A stretch of 63,991 bases of DNA, the filler included, from Octopus bimaculoides (lineage: Eukaryota): assembly GCF_001194135.2 (NCBI RefSeq). It is 4 parts of 4 records of this genome, joined end to end, with 100 filler letters (N's around TTAATTAATTAA, not from the genome) between each part and the next. Parts side by side here need not be neighbours in the genome. Positions count along the whole stretch, not along the records: positions 1 to 12,674 come from NC_068989.1; positions 12,775 to 40,722 come from NC_068983.1; 2 more parts are not named here. One strand, written 5' to 3'. The position numbers and the translations under genes were made by a program. Under the pieces are notes generated by a model that made no database searches, had not been told where the DNA came from, and saw nothing but the letters and a program-made list of their open reading frames with translations. Positions 11,701-24,924 of the stretch are shown here, piece after piece. Each line of letters starts with the position of its first letter. Position 1 is the first letter of the stretch.

Positions 11701-12674
11701 CAATTATAGACACAAGCCAACCTCTACGGATGGCGTCACACTTGTTAAATTATCTTCTTAATATTACTAATAAAATTACTGCAAACATTCGAAGAAATTT
11801 CCTATAATTTCGATTTCTGTAGGTTATTGAATTTTTAAACTCCAATTTCTCGCAAATTTAAATACTCATTGCATTCACCGCACAGTATTCCATTTTCATA
11901 AGCAAAATCTATCATTTTCTCTTTTAATGTTTTCATTTTAAGTTTTAATTGGAAAACCGACAGTTTATTCTGTTAATGTATACGTAATGTAAAAACATTT
12001 ATTGATTGAAAATTTAAGAAAGTACCTGTGTAATTATAAAAAAAATTAAGAGTGATATTGTTCTTATGGCTGCTTGGAACGCCTTTCAATAATAACCATC
12101 CAGACCGATTTTAGCTATATTTCCTTTTTAATTCAAAAATTATGGAATGAGCCTTTTCGAAAAGAAAAAAAAAAACGAAAAATACAATGTAAATATTTTC
12201 CGATGTAAGGGTGAACAATTCAAGGGAGGTTTCACTGTTGTTTCTAGCACCCCCACTATTCACGCTCACATGTATTGATGCTTTTTTCAGTATTTTCCTC
12301 CCATTAAATACATTTTATGGAATGATGATGTCGAAATAATACACGTGTGGTCCATTAGTGGAAGAAAAACAACAAAATAAATTGTAATCTAAATTTTTAC
12401 TCCCAAGCGAAGCAGAGTGTGTGTGTGTGTAAGAAAAAAACATTTTCTAACCGAAAATAGGCTATAGAAATGAATTATCGTTTACATAGTGAAACAAACA
12501 TTTTGCGTGTTCTTGAATGGCTTACAAACATCTTCCACACTGCAATTGTTTTTGTTTCAGCATACGTTCTTAGATCAAGTTACTTGCTATCCAAGTACAT
12601 CTCCGTAATTTTTTAAATCACTGTGGATAAATGCCAGCAATGACCTTACATATATACATACATACATACATATG

Positions 12675-12774
12675 NNNNNNNNNNNNNNNNNNNNNNNNNN
12701 NNNNNNNNNNNNNNNNNNTTAATTAATTAANNNNNNNNNNNNNNNNNNNNNNNNNNNNNNNNNNNNNNNNNNNN
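12675..12774. other. Scaffolding linker: 44 N + TTAATTAATTAA + 44 N (also 40723-40822 and 59299-59398)
   Basis: Identical 100-bp structure three times. The 12-mer has stops in all six frames. Assembly artefact. Confidence 0.95.
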
Positions 12775-12934
12775 TAAAAGCACCCACTACACTCTCTGAG
12801 TGGTTGGCGTTAGGAAGGGCATCCAGCTGTAGAAACTCTGCCAAATTAGACTGGAGCTTGGTGTTGCCATCCGGTTTCACCAGTCCTCAGTCAAATCGTC
12901 CAACCCATGCTAGCATGGAAAGCGGACGTTAAAC

Positions 12935-12966
<32 letters not shown>
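12775..12966 (+). mobile_element. Family C retroposon 3' end with (GAT)n tail (RTE-like LINE 3' UTR or partner SINE)
   Basis: GGTTGGCGTTAGGAAGGGCATCCAGCTGTAGAAAC...GCATGGAAAGCGGACGTTAAAC(GAT)n. Confidence 0.85.
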
Positions 12967-12967
<1 letters not shown>

Positions 12968-13434
12968 ATTTGTATGCCTGTATATACTTACATGTGTGCA
13001 TGTGTATATATTTGTGTGTGTGTGTGTGTGTGTGTAATGGTAAAATATACATGACAACACAAGAAAAGCAGAATATTCTAATCTATCAGAAAACCAACTA
13101 GAAATTTAGTTAAAAGCAAACAAATATACCAATAATGGCAAAAACTACAACAGCGTGAGTTTTGTGAATCAATTAAAATACAGGAAATGGAATGGTTTGA
13201 TATTTTAATAATTGAAGAATTAAGAGAAAATTACATTTTAGATGGGTAGCATACATGTAACCAGATAAGATATGCTTGGGATCAGTTTTGCTATAGATTT
13301 TCATGTAAGTTTTAGGAATCTGAGTACATATGATAACTAGCACTCTGTCAATTATGACGATGGGTGTTTCAGCTAATTTGATCAATAGAACAGCCTCCTT
13401 GTTGAATTAACATGCAAGTAGATGAGCACTGTGA

Positions 13435-13680
13435 AGACACATGGCTTAGTGGTTAGGATATTTGGTTCATGATTGTAAGGTTGTGAGTTCGATTCCCGGC
13501 AGCACATTGTGTCCTTGAGCAAGACACTTGATTTCACAATACTCCAGTCAACTCAGCGGGCAAAAATGAGGTGTACCTGTAATTTCAAAGGGCTGGCCTT
13601 GTCACATTCTGTGTCATGTTGAATCTCCTTGCGAACTACATTAAGAATATGTGTATCTGTGTAGTGCTCAACCACTTGCT
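13435..13680 (+). mobile_element. tRNA-derived SINE family D (CORE-like central motif)
   Basis: TGGCTTAGTGG (A box), GAGTTCGATTCC (B box), GTGTCCTTGAGCAAGACACTT. Degenerate relatives at ~21080-21350 and 38480-38720. Confidence 0.7.
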
Positions 13681-13697
13681 TGTAAATTTTATAAGTA

Positions 13698-13885
13698 GGC
13701 GAAATGCTTAGCGGTATTTCGTCTGTCTTTATGTTCTGAGTTCGAATTCCGCTGAGGTCAACTTTGCCTTTCATCCTTTCGGGGCCGATAAATTAAGTAC
13801 CAGTTGCGTGCTGGGGGTCGATGTAATCGACTGCCCTCTTCCTCCCCAAAAATTTCGGTCCTTGTGCCTAGAGTAGAAAAGATTA
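13698..13885 (+). mobile_element. tRNA-derived SINE family B
   Basis: GGCGAAATGCTTAGCGGTATTTCG...GAGTTCGAATTCC (B box)...GCCTTTCATCCTTTCGGGG...AAGTACCAGTT. Partly duplicated at 14005-14110. Confidence 0.85.
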
Positions 13886-14822
13886 TCTGTTTATTACCTC
13901 CACCTTAGCGAAGGCGGAGGTATTGTTTCAGTTGTGTTTGTTAATTTGTTTGTCTGTGGACAAGATATCTCAAGAACTGCTGGATGGATTCAGNNNNNNN
14001 NNNTTTCATCCTTTCGGGGCCGATAAATTAAGTACCAGTTGCGTGCTGGGGGTCGATGTAATCGACTGCCCTCTTCCTCCCCAAAAATTTCGGTCCTTGT
14101 GCCTAGAGTAGAAAAGATTATCTGTTTATTACCTCCACCTTAGCGAAGGCGGAGGTATTGTTTCAGTTGTGTTTGTTAATTTGTTTGTCTGTGGACAAGA
14201 TATCTCAAGAACTGCTGGATGGATTCAGATGAAACTTTCAGGGATGTTTGGCCTTGTGACTGGCACAAACTGATTAGATTTTGGGATTGATCCAGTACCA
14301 GTCAAGGATTCTGGATTATCTTTTCCTGTTTTTTATTTAATTTTTGAGAGCGGTCGGGTTCATTTTTTAGTATTCTCATTTGCGAAAGCAGTCAAGTTTA
14401 TTTCAGAGATTCTCATTTTAAAAATCTCTGGCTAATCATTGAGAGGACGTTTGTGTTGCCTTGATGGAGGTTTGTGCTCTCTGAGTACTCTTGTTTTAAT
14501 TAAAAACGTTTTGTTCCAAAGTGGTCACAAGTGCTTTTCGCTGAAGAGATAGGAATGAAATCAGAAAATTTGTGAAAATTTGCAATAGATCAAGCAGAAT
14601 GAAATTTGTGTTGACAAGTAACTAGCTCTGATGGTTACAGACACACATAACAACACAGAAGTAATGGAAGAATAGTGACACGGAGTGCTTAGAATAACTT
14701 GAACAGATATTTGACAAGAATGCTGAAAGTAAGAGACATGCTTCAAATTGTCCTTTAAAAGTATTAGATAAGGAGAAACGACTTATAAAATATATGCACA
14801 AACACACGTGCACAAACACACG

Positions 14823-14854
<32 letters not shown>

Positions 14855-14855
<1 letters not shown>

Positions 14856-15227
14856 CTTTTATCTCTTACTTGTATCAGTCATTAGACTGTGGCCATGCTG
14901 GGGCACAACCTTGAAAAATTTTAATTAAAAAAATTAATCCCTTAAGCCTGATTCTCATTCTGTTGGTTTCTTTTGCTGAACCGTTGGTCATTCAGAGACG
15001 TAAAAACTGCAGTTGTTGTCAAGAGGCAGTGAAAGACAAAAGCATGCACTCATGCATGCACATACATGCATGCAGGTGGCGAGTTTCTTTTAGTTTCCAT
15101 CTACCAAATCCACTCATAAGGCTTTAGCCAGTCCAAAATTATAGTGTAAGACATTTGCCCAAGGTGCCATGTAGTGGGACTGATCCTGGAGCCATGTGGT
15201 TGGGAAGCACACTTCTTACCACACAGC
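14855..15227 (-). mobile_element. tRNA-derived SINE family A (degenerate)
   Basis: Head GCTGTGTGGTAAG...GGTTC(A)GTCCC (A/B boxes), CCTTGGGCAAGTGTC body, internal microsatellite, ...GACTGAAACAAGTAAAAGA tail. Confidence 0.75.
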
Positions 15228-15247
15228 TTGAGAGCGAGAGACAGTGT

Positions 15248-15329
<82 letters not shown>

Positions 15330-16027
15330 AAACACTGTGGTGTTGTTTTGAAAACAAGTTGATTGTCTTAAATTTTTTTTAATTAAAAATTGTTCTTTAA
15401 TTTGTATTAAATTTATTATTCAAAGTTTTTTAAGTGTATTTTAGTATTAAAGTGTATTTCCTGTAAATTTATATCAACCTCATCTGTTTATAATTACCTC
15501 AAAGAACAAAAATAAAAAAAAAAACAATAAAGTTTCTCTAAAGCTAATAAAGTGTTATCACAGACAATGTGTTTTTTTTTTTTCATTGTTGGTGGGTTTG
15601 ATAAATTCCTATTTACATTATTTTCTATAAGTTGCCACCACCCTTTAGAAACATTTTTTTGTGATAAGTTTTAGGATTGACATTAATATTAACAGTATAA
15701 TTGTAACTAATGTTAGTTGCAGACAAATTCATTGCACTTGTTAAATATTCCCAATCGGCCCTAATTAGACACACCTATGACACGCTTCTGACGAAGGACG
15801 CAGCTTGAAATATCACGCAACCCCCGTCTTCCTCATGACAAGCTAACTCATTCCACTTTGTGAAGTATAGTACTTAGGTTGTTGACTTGATACTTGAGAG
15901 TAAACTGATAAGTTCAATAATCCAGATATACAGATATAGAAGGTCTGGCATGTCAACTTAAGGAAAACTGGAGCATTATATGACTACTGGGTCATCCCAT
16001 AAATAATGCAGTTTTCCTTTTTATTAT

Positions 16028-16245
16028 ACTCTTACTCTTTTACTTGTTTCAGTCATTTGACTGTGGCCATGCTGGAGCACCGCCTTTTAGTTGAGCTAAT
16101 CGACCCCAAGACTTATTCTTTGTAAGCCTAGTACTTATTCTATCGGTCTCTCTTTGCCAAACCGCTAAGTGACAGGGACGTAAACACACCAGCATCAGTT
16201 GTCAAGTGATGGTGGGGGGACAAACACACAAACACACAAACACAC

Positions 16246-16288
<43 letters not shown>

Positions 16289-16711
16289 AGTAAAAATAAA
16301 TACAAAAAAAGGGGTTTTGTATGATTGTGTATAGAGGAATATATTATTTTATTTAAAAGAGTTCCAACNNNNNNNNNNNNNNNNNNNNNNNNNNNNNNNN
16401 NNNNNNNNNNNNNNNNNNNNNNNNNNNNNNNNNNNNNNNNNNNNNNNNNNNNNNNNNNNNNNNNNNNNNNNNNNNNNNNNNNNNNNNNNNNNNNNNNNNN
16501 NNNNNNNNNNNNNNNNNNNNNNNNNNNNNNNNNNNNNNNNNNNNNNNNNNNNNNNNNNNNNNNNNNNNNNNNNNNNNNNNNNNNNNNNNNNNNNNNNNNN
16601 NNNNNNNNNNNNNNNNNNNNNNNTATCATCGGACTATAAATAACCAAATTACAACAGGAATATAAATAAAACATAAAAAACAGACAGTGTTGGAACTCTT
16701 TTATATAAAAT

Positions 16712-16751
<40 letters not shown>

Positions 16752-16912
16752 GACGGGCTTCTTTCAGTTTCCGTCTACCAAGTCCACTCACAAGGCTTTG
16801 GTCAGCCCGAGGCTATAGTAGAAGACACTTGCCAAAGGTGTCACGCAGTGGGACTGAACCTAGAACCATGTGGTTGGTAAGCAAGCTACTTACCACACAG
16901 CCACTCCTGCGC
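16028..16912 (-). mobile_element. SINE family A split by an insertion/gap (halves 16028-16260 and 16749-16912)
   Basis: Intact head GCGCAGGAGTGGCTGTGTGG at the 16912 end. Tail (TACTCTT)n at 16028. Confidence 0.85.
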
Positions 16913-17651
16913 CTATTAGGTGCAGATTTTGTATAAATTTTTCTTAATATCAAGTAAATCTGGTTTCCATGTTTACAGTTTTGCAGAAGGCATGATATGC
17001 CTTGCTCAAGGATACAATGCAATTCAATAAATAGTAATATTGATTTTACACGTCTGATTAATAATGATTTGTAACTTAGGCACAAAACCATACTGGACTG
17101 GTTCTTATTTTATCAAGTTAAATCTGACCAAAGCAGAATTTGAATTTAGAACTTAAAAACATGCATAAATGTTTGGCATTACATGAATTCTTCCACCCAT
17201 AACTTAGCAGTTCAGCAAAAGTGACTGATAGAATAAGCACCAACATTGGCACAGCTAATAGGGGAGCAGAAGGAAACCACTCTCCCCAAGTATATTTTTC
17301 AAAATTGGACCCTCTTCGACAATCTTTTTAACTCTTTAGTTCACTTGTGCTATAGATCGCTTTGGTTTTTGTTAATCGCATGGACTTGGAAGAACTTTTT
17401 AAAGTCAGTACTTTGTTTGACCAACCTCCTGTGTTTTTGATCTGTCTGCCCAATCTCCTGTGATGTGGCCACAGACATCTGAAGAACCAAAACAAACCCC
17501 AGCATCATAACCTCTGGACCTTGGATGTTCCTGTGGAATTTCATCTTTTTCACGTCTCACCTATATCAGTAGTTGTAAGTTTCATACATTATGACATTGT
17601 TACTGGAACATGAAATTAATGAACGTAGAATACAATTTCATTAGTTATAAC

Positions 17652-17917
17652 CAGAGTCATGGAGTCGGAGTTGGAAACAATTAAGGGGTAGCTGGAGTTG
17701 GAGTCGGTATAGTTTTACCGACTCCTACTCACAATGTCTTTATTCTTTAATATAAACCAGATATAATATATAGGCTTACTCAATGTACAAGCGTATACAT
17801 ATGTTTATGAGGTATGTAGACCACAATCACTTAATTACATAAAGAGGAGTCAGAGTCGGAGGTGCCAATTGTACAGGAGTCGGAGTCGAAGTTTTTTGTT
17901 TCAACTCCACAGCCCTG
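17652..17917. mobile_element. hAT-type MITE with GGAGTC subterminal repeats
   Basis: CAGAG.../...CCCTG ends, perfect 8-bp TSD GTTATAAC (17644-17651, 17918-17925), multiple GGAGTC/GGAGTT units. Confidence 0.85.
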
Positions 17918-18839
17918 GTTATAACTCATGAAATATTTCACGTAATATCAGAGAAATGAGTTAAAAATTGCTTGGTATGTGTCACAGAATCTTTTCTTAT
18001 GTGCTTGCTCCCCATTACATTAGAAATCTGGCTACGCTATTGTACACCAGACTTCAAAGATTAGTACTGGAATCAATTTGTACGATGAAATCCTTCAAGG
18101 TGCTGCCAGCATGGATGCAGTCCAATGACTGATAGAAGTAGAGAAGAAATAAAAAAGAAGACGAATGGGTATTCTTGTGCTAGAAGTATAAAAGTGTGAT
18201 TTTTTTTTAGCGAGTTAAAGAAACAAAATAGATTTCATAATTGAAATGGGTGGGGGGTCTGTTCCGTCTTATTACTTGCTTTTTAATAACCCATGAAGAA
18301 ATTCCAGATGTTTCTGCTCAAATAGCAGTTGAAGCTGAGGTTGCACTCTCTTGTTCTCTTTGTCAAAAGAGTACTTAACTTACTCAGATATTCTACAGGC
18401 ACTTTAAGGCGGCGAGCTGGCAGAAACGTTAGCGTGCCGGGCGAAATGCTTAGNNNNNNNNNNNNNNNNNNNNNNNNNNNNNNNNNNNNNNNNNNNNNNN
18501 NNNNNNNNNNNNNNNNNNNNNNNNNNNNNNNNNNAGAGTAGAAAAGATTCTACAGGCACTTTAATTTTCTAAGAGTAAGCATTAACATTTTTATGTTATA
18601 TTTCCTGTTTATCTAGATACGATCCGTTTTTGAAAGTGGAAAGTTTTTTTTTTCTTAAATTAAATTTATATTTAAAGAGATGTACCATGACAAGTATGTG
18701 TGAGTGTGTGTACACACTGACATGTACATACACATGTACACAAATATTTATATCTTACATACATGTTTTTTTTCATATTTATTTAGTTTTGTCAGTTTTG
18801 TAATTATTGCAAATACATCATGTACTTGATATGTGTGTG

Positions 18840-18878
<39 letters not shown>

Positions 18879-18968
18879 CATATACACTCACACACACATA
18901 TATATGTATATACATATACACACACACGCACATATATATGTATATACATATATACACACACACATATA

Positions 18969-19013
<45 letters not shown>

Positions 19014-21049
19014 CACATATATATATACATATAACCCATGCTNNNNNNNNNNACACATATATATATACATATAACCCATGCTAGCATGGAAAGCGGACGT
19101 TAAACGATGATGATGATGATGATGATGATAATATATATATCGCTAATCCTTTTCTTCCTTTGCAAATATCATTCAGAAATACCATTTAAATGCAATTAAT
19201 CCATAAATGCTTGTACATAGTTACACAAGCACATCAGTCAGTGGTGTGAAGTTACCACTTCATACAATGAGCCTATCTTTTGAGATTTAGTATAGAGATT
19301 GCAAGTTAGATTGGAATGGTGATATTCTTTGATAAGTGGCCTTTCTGAAAAATGCAACAATTTAAACTACTTTGCATCACCACCATCATCATCATCATTG
19401 TTTTAACATCCACTTTTCATGCTTCCATGGGTCTGACAGAATTTGTTGAGGCAGATTTTTTAGGGCTGGAAATGAAGAACACTGCTTGTATGATGGTGAT
19501 GCTCGTCTACAACCATGATGTGATGTCAAGACAAGGGTACACACGAACGTGCATGCACACACACACACACACAAATTTTTTCCCTTGTTTCTGTCATTAG
19601 ACTGTAGCCATGGTTGGGTGCCACTTTGAAGGGTTTTATTTGGGCAAATTGGTTCTGGTACTTATTCTATAGGTCTCTTTTACCAAATTGCTAAGTTACA
19701 AACTGACCAAATTCACTTGCAAGGTTTTGGTTGTCTCGAGGCTGTAAGTAGAATACAATTACCCAAAATGCAGTGGAATTGAACCTGAAACTACATGATT
19801 GGGAAGCAAGCTTCTTAACCACATAGCCACACAGAAGTGTGTGTTTGTGTATGTGTAGTGCAAGTATGTTTGTGTGCGTGTGTGCATGTGCGTGCATGCA
19901 CGTATGTGAACACACATGTACATGCATGTGAAAGAATTGTTAAGATTTGAAAGTGATAAAGCAAGTGATGCTGAGAGTTATCACTGACGTATCATCATTG
20001 CATAGAATGAAGCTTGAAGAGGATGTAGATTAGGATTGTATTAGGCAGGAGAGCCACAGGTGTTATATCTCTGCTAAGACAATGGCAGCAGAAGTATCTG
20101 CTTAAGAATAAACAAGTTTTTGTTACATTAAACCACTAACACAAAGTTTATTTTAATAACGTATCATGTTCTATAGCCTGATGGGCAGAGAAAATACTAA
20201 GTTTGGTATAATAGTTTTAAGTACATCAGCTGTATTGGAATAACCTACAAAATAAGTGGTTTTGCTACCCATATGATTTGCTGGTAGAAGTAAACAATTT
20301 CTGCCTTGTGGCTAGAATGAACGGAAACGAGGTTGAACTTGCAGTAATTGCTTTTTCTTTTTGAAATAAATGGTCCCTACTCCTCTCTGAGCAAAAGCCA
20401 AATTGTATGATGTGTTTATAAAAAGTGTGAAACCTTATCGAAATGAAATATGGGGCTGGGAAAACTGTAGATCTGCACTCTTTGTAACAACACAAACAAG
20501 AATATCTGGTGGATTTACAATGTTGGAAATCAGTAACTTTGAATGAATTATAAAGGTAACAAGGTTGATACTGCTGTATATGATTGATAACAGAACTGGT
20601 TTGTGATGTGAAGAGATGAATGTAAAAAATGCTCAGAGCCCATGATTGTAGAGGCAAACCAAAAGAAGCAGTCAGAACTGGCCCAACGGTTGGTGTGGAA
20701 CTATGTAATGTTGTGATATGTTTGAATAACCTAATTTGCAGATCTGCCCAATTAACGCCAGCATGAAACAACATACACATGTTCTGGAAATCAGGTTATT
20801 CAAACACATTACAACTCAACATCATCCTTGTTCTTGGGTTTGTTCTGAGTGCCTTATTGACACCCAGCATTTTCTCACTTACCTTACTATCCATTCCTAT
20901 CACAAACCATTATAGTTGTCAATCATCGAGGCTCTCTCACTTTGATAATTCATTCACACTCAGTGATTTAAAAAAAAAAATTAATATTTTTACACCCATT
21001 GGTTCTTGTCTTTCTTCAGTCATTGTAGATCTACTGTATTCCCACTATG

Positions 21050-21081
<32 letters not shown>

Positions 21082-21350
21082 ATGAAGGCATGTGGCCTGG
21101 TTGTTAAGTGTGTTACACTCACGGTTGTGAGATTGTGTTTTTGATTCTAAAATTGGTTGCACATTGTGCTTTTGAGCCAAACATTTCATTTCATGTTACT
21201 CCAGTTCACTGAGATGGACTATCCTTTCAATCAAGAGGAATGATGGCCTTCTTGCCTAGCTAGCAGGGTGGCATCATTTGAAAGCTGAAACAATGCACAG
21301 TACATTGTGACCAGTGACGTATAACAACTTCTGATAGTCTAGTTGACACT

Positions 21351-21392
<42 letters not shown>

Positions 21393-21491
21393 GCAATACA
21401 GCGATGCTGTATGATTGCCCTNNNNNNNNNNTTCTGGTAGAGTTACACTTAATTAGGGAGGTCTTGGTTTCTTAGTTTATGGTGGTTCTGT

Positions 21492-21541
<50 letters not shown>

Positions 21542-23087
21542 GCAATACAGCGATGCTGTATGATTGCCCTTCAATGGGATTCTAATTTTGGTGAGACTTA
21601 TACTTGTTTAGGAGTTTATAGTTTGTGGAGGTTTGGTTCTCATCTGTTTTTAATTATCTAAATTCTTCCTCTAAAGACAAAGCTGGTTTCATTGGAATGT
21701 AGATAACCAAAAACTATGTCACATTTTAAACTTGAGAAAAGTCTTGCATATTTTTACTGTTCCATTCACAAATCATATTTGTAATGTATGCGTTGATTTC
21801 CTTTTCTGAAAACCCTAGCTTATCCAAATTGTCGCTTAGGCATTTACTCACAAAACCAAGTGCACCGATTTTTATTGGTATAAATATGAATTTATAATCT
21901 AGATATGGAACCTGCAGTTGTTTATAATTATCCTCTTCTTCTTTTTTTCGAAAAAGATATTCAAGTCATGTATATAAAACCCAGACCAGCTATGATTTAA
22001 AGCATTTTGGGCATGGCCATTTCATCATTTTTCAGATGTTGTGTACACTAGAGTGCTGGAAAAAGCAACACTGTTTTCTCCACGCTATACCTAGCTGTCT
22101 TAAAAAAAGAGGAGGACACAATGAATAATGTAGCTCTGAATAGATTGTCTGAAAATATGATGGGATGATCATATTGGGGAAACGTTTTGATCATAGGTCT
22201 GCCTGGTCAGAACTGACCTTGGGCTACACAGCAACAACTCCTTTAGACCCAACAATTTCTTGTTAGATGATTCATCCAACAAACCATACTTGACTCATTC
22301 TTCCATTTTTTTAAAATTCAATTTTTCATGCTCACATGGGTTGTATGGGTCAGCAAATTTAGACTTGATGTGTGTGCATGTGTGTTTAATGATTCAGTGA
22401 ACGCACTTCCTGATGTCAGCAACTTTATCATTAACTTATGTTCCTGCTGAGTACACAGTGAAATATGTAGAGTAAGGTTATATATATTCACACACTAAAT
22501 TACATAATCTGGTGCTTGTGACATGGTTTAAAGAACAAAAACAAAATATATGATGTATAGAATATATTAATGAATTTACATTTTCTCTATTTTCTTTCTT
22601 ATCATCTGTCCTCTCACTCTCCCTTTTAATTTTTTTGTATGTATGTGTCTTAGTCAGTGGAAAAGGGAGCAGGGCCTAAGATTGTTCACAGGGCTCTGGG
22701 ACTGGTGGGCAGATGTTATTCTTTGGAAACCTGACATTATAATATCATTTTGTTACCTTTGTTTCAATTAACTTTGAAAATAACTAAAGTAAAAGCTGGT
22801 GTTCAGAACATAAATTAACATGAAATTTTGATGGTAGTTTTCAAATTAGATCACTTTAGAATTAAAACTAGAAGTTTATATTGTAAAACCAGGGTTGGTT
22901 TTAGGCCAGTTGGTATCAAAGTGTACTCTCCTAAAGCTATCCAAGAACCTGGTTGGTAGTTTTAAACTGGACATTGGATTAAGCCTACCATATCTACTAT
23001 CAGTGCTTCATACTCAAAGTTTGGGTATTGGGTTTATGATCATATGCTAGCAGATTCAATCCTTGGACTGGGTGGTGTGTTGTGTCC

Positions 23088-23415
23088 TTGTTTCAGTCAT
23101 TAGGCTGGAGCAATGCTTTGAAGAATTTTTTGTCGAATGAATCAAACCTGGTACATTTTTTTTTGTTCTGGAGATATAAATGGGGACACTGGTTGTTAAG
23201 TAGTGGTGGGGGACAAACACAGGCACAGAGACACACACACACACACACACACATGACAGACTTCTTTTAGTTTCCATCTGCCAAATCCACTCACAAGGCA
23301 TTAGTCAGCCTGAGTCTATAGTAGAAGACAATTGCCTAAAGTGCCATAAAGAGGAAATGAACCTGGAACCATGTGGTTTGAAAGCAGGCTTCTTAACACA
23401 TGGCCACACCTGCGC
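23088..23415 (-). mobile_element. SINE family A (degenerate)
   Basis: Same head, body and tail as other copies. Confidence 0.75.
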
Positions 23416-23447
23416 CATTTTGACAAACTTCTATACAGTGTCATCAT

Positions 23448-23822
23448 CATCATCATCATCATAATCATCGTTTAACGTCTGTTTTCCATGCTGGCATGGG
23501 TTGGATGGTTTGACTGGGGACTGGCAAGCCAGGAGGCTGCACCAGGTTCCAATCTGATCTGGCAATGTTTCTATAGCTGCTGGATGCCCTTCTTAACACT
23601 AAGCACTCCAAGAGTCAGGTGGTACTGGCATCAGCCATGTTCAGATGGTGGTTTTTACGTGTCACTGGCACAGGAGCCAGTTGGGGCCATGGGGCTGGCA
23701 TCAACCACGTTCGAATGGTGCTTTTTGTGTGCCATTGGCACAGGAGCCAGTCAGGGTAGTGGGGCTGGCATCGACCACGTTTGGATGGTGCTTTTTATGT
23801 GCCACTGGCACAGTGAGCCAGT
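23448..23822 (-). mobile_element. Family C with ~3-4 internal ~62-bp tandem units
   Basis: (ATC)n tail on the left. Repeated GTGCCACTGGCACAGGAGCCAGT...GCTGGCATC..CCACGTT.GAATGGTG units. Confidence 0.8.
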
Positions 23823-24195
23823 TATGTAACATATGAAATTCACTTACAAACCATTGGTTGGCCTACAGCTCTAGCTGAAGATACCCGCCCAAGCAGCTGT
23901 GCGGAGGAAGTGAACTAGAATCCACCAGGCTGCAAAGCAAACTTCTTAACCATACAGCCATGCCTGTACCTATATTCATTCCACCAGTTATGATGTATGA
24001 GTTATATTACAAATACTCTTCACAAACTATGGCTTCGCCACATGTAACAAGCTAGGTATCGTCCCACTTAGCGAATCAAATCCATATTAATCATTTAGGA
24101 AACATGGTTATGAATTTGCTTGTCGTTCATTATTATTGAAATTGTTAAAGTTCCTGTATTTTGTGTGTATGCATTTCTTTCTAGCTTTTTGTTTC

Positions 24196-24345
24196 TTTCT
24201 CTCTCTCTCTCTCTCTCTCTCAACCTTTCTCTCTCTCTCTCTCTCAACCTTTCTCTCTCTCTCTCTCTCAACCTTTCTCTCTCTCTCTCTCTCAACCTTT
24301 CTCTCTCTCTCTCTCAACCTCTCTCTCTCTCGCTCAACCTTTCTC
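24196..24345. repeat. Minisatellite built from (CT)n interrupted by CAACCTT
   Basis: CAACC at 24221, 24245, 24269, 24293, 24315, 24335 (period 24,24,24,22,20). Confidence 0.9.
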
Positions 24346-24390
24346 TCCCTTCCTCTTTCTCTGTGTCTGTATGTCCATCTCCCCCCCCTC

Positions 24391-24421
<31 letters not shown>

Positions 24422-24883
24422 TCCTACAGCAATCTTATAATGCTAAAAATGAGCGAAATATCTGGTTGGTATGTAGACTATCTTCTACTGTGGTTTGACA
24501 CAAAACTCGGAACGAAGTGTTAAAATGAGGTTTTAATGAGTTGTAGCCATAAACAAGAAAAGATTACATTTTTGTTTCGCAGCAAAGTAGGTCCTTCTGC
24601 TCCTCTGTTTCTCTCCTCACCCCTNNNNNNNNNNNNNNNNNNNNNNNNNNNNNNNNNNNNNNNNNNNNNNNNNNNNNNNNNNNNNNNNNNNNNNNNNNNN
24701 NNNNNNNNNNNNNNNNNNNNNNNNNNNNNNNNNNNNNNNNNNNNNNNNNNNNNNNNNNNNNNNNNNNNNNNNNNNNNNNNNNNNNNNNNNNNNNNNNNNN
24801 NNNNNNNNNNNNNNNNNNNNNNNNNNNNNNNNNNNNNNNNNNNNNNNNNNNNNNNNNNNNNNNNNNNNNNNNNNNNNNNNNNN

Positions 24884-24924
<41 letters not shown>

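Noticed and set aside
12719-12730. TTAATTAATTAA islands in N-runs (also 40767-40778, 59343-59354)
   Set aside because: Always 44N+12+44N = 100 bp, a six-frame-stop scaffolding linker, not biological.
13770-14220. Near-exact direct duplications across small gaps (also ~19020/19055, 21360/21500, 41875/42241, 48840/49078, 59399/60364)
   Set aside because: Each pair flanks an N-run. Most likely unmerged contig overlaps or alternate haplotypes rather than real tandem duplications.
15780-15820. CTGACGA...GAAATATC hammerhead-like string (also 5522-5540 and 50575-50625)
   Set aside because: Stems I/II do not pair convincingly. At best a decayed remnant.
20265-20780. 171-aa ORF
   Set aside because: No recognisable domain or splice context.
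24430-24474. Possible 39-nt micro-exon (ctacAG|...|GTATGT, QSYNAKNERNIWL)
   Set aside because: Splice-like sites only, with no recognisable product or partner exons. Needs transcript evidence.
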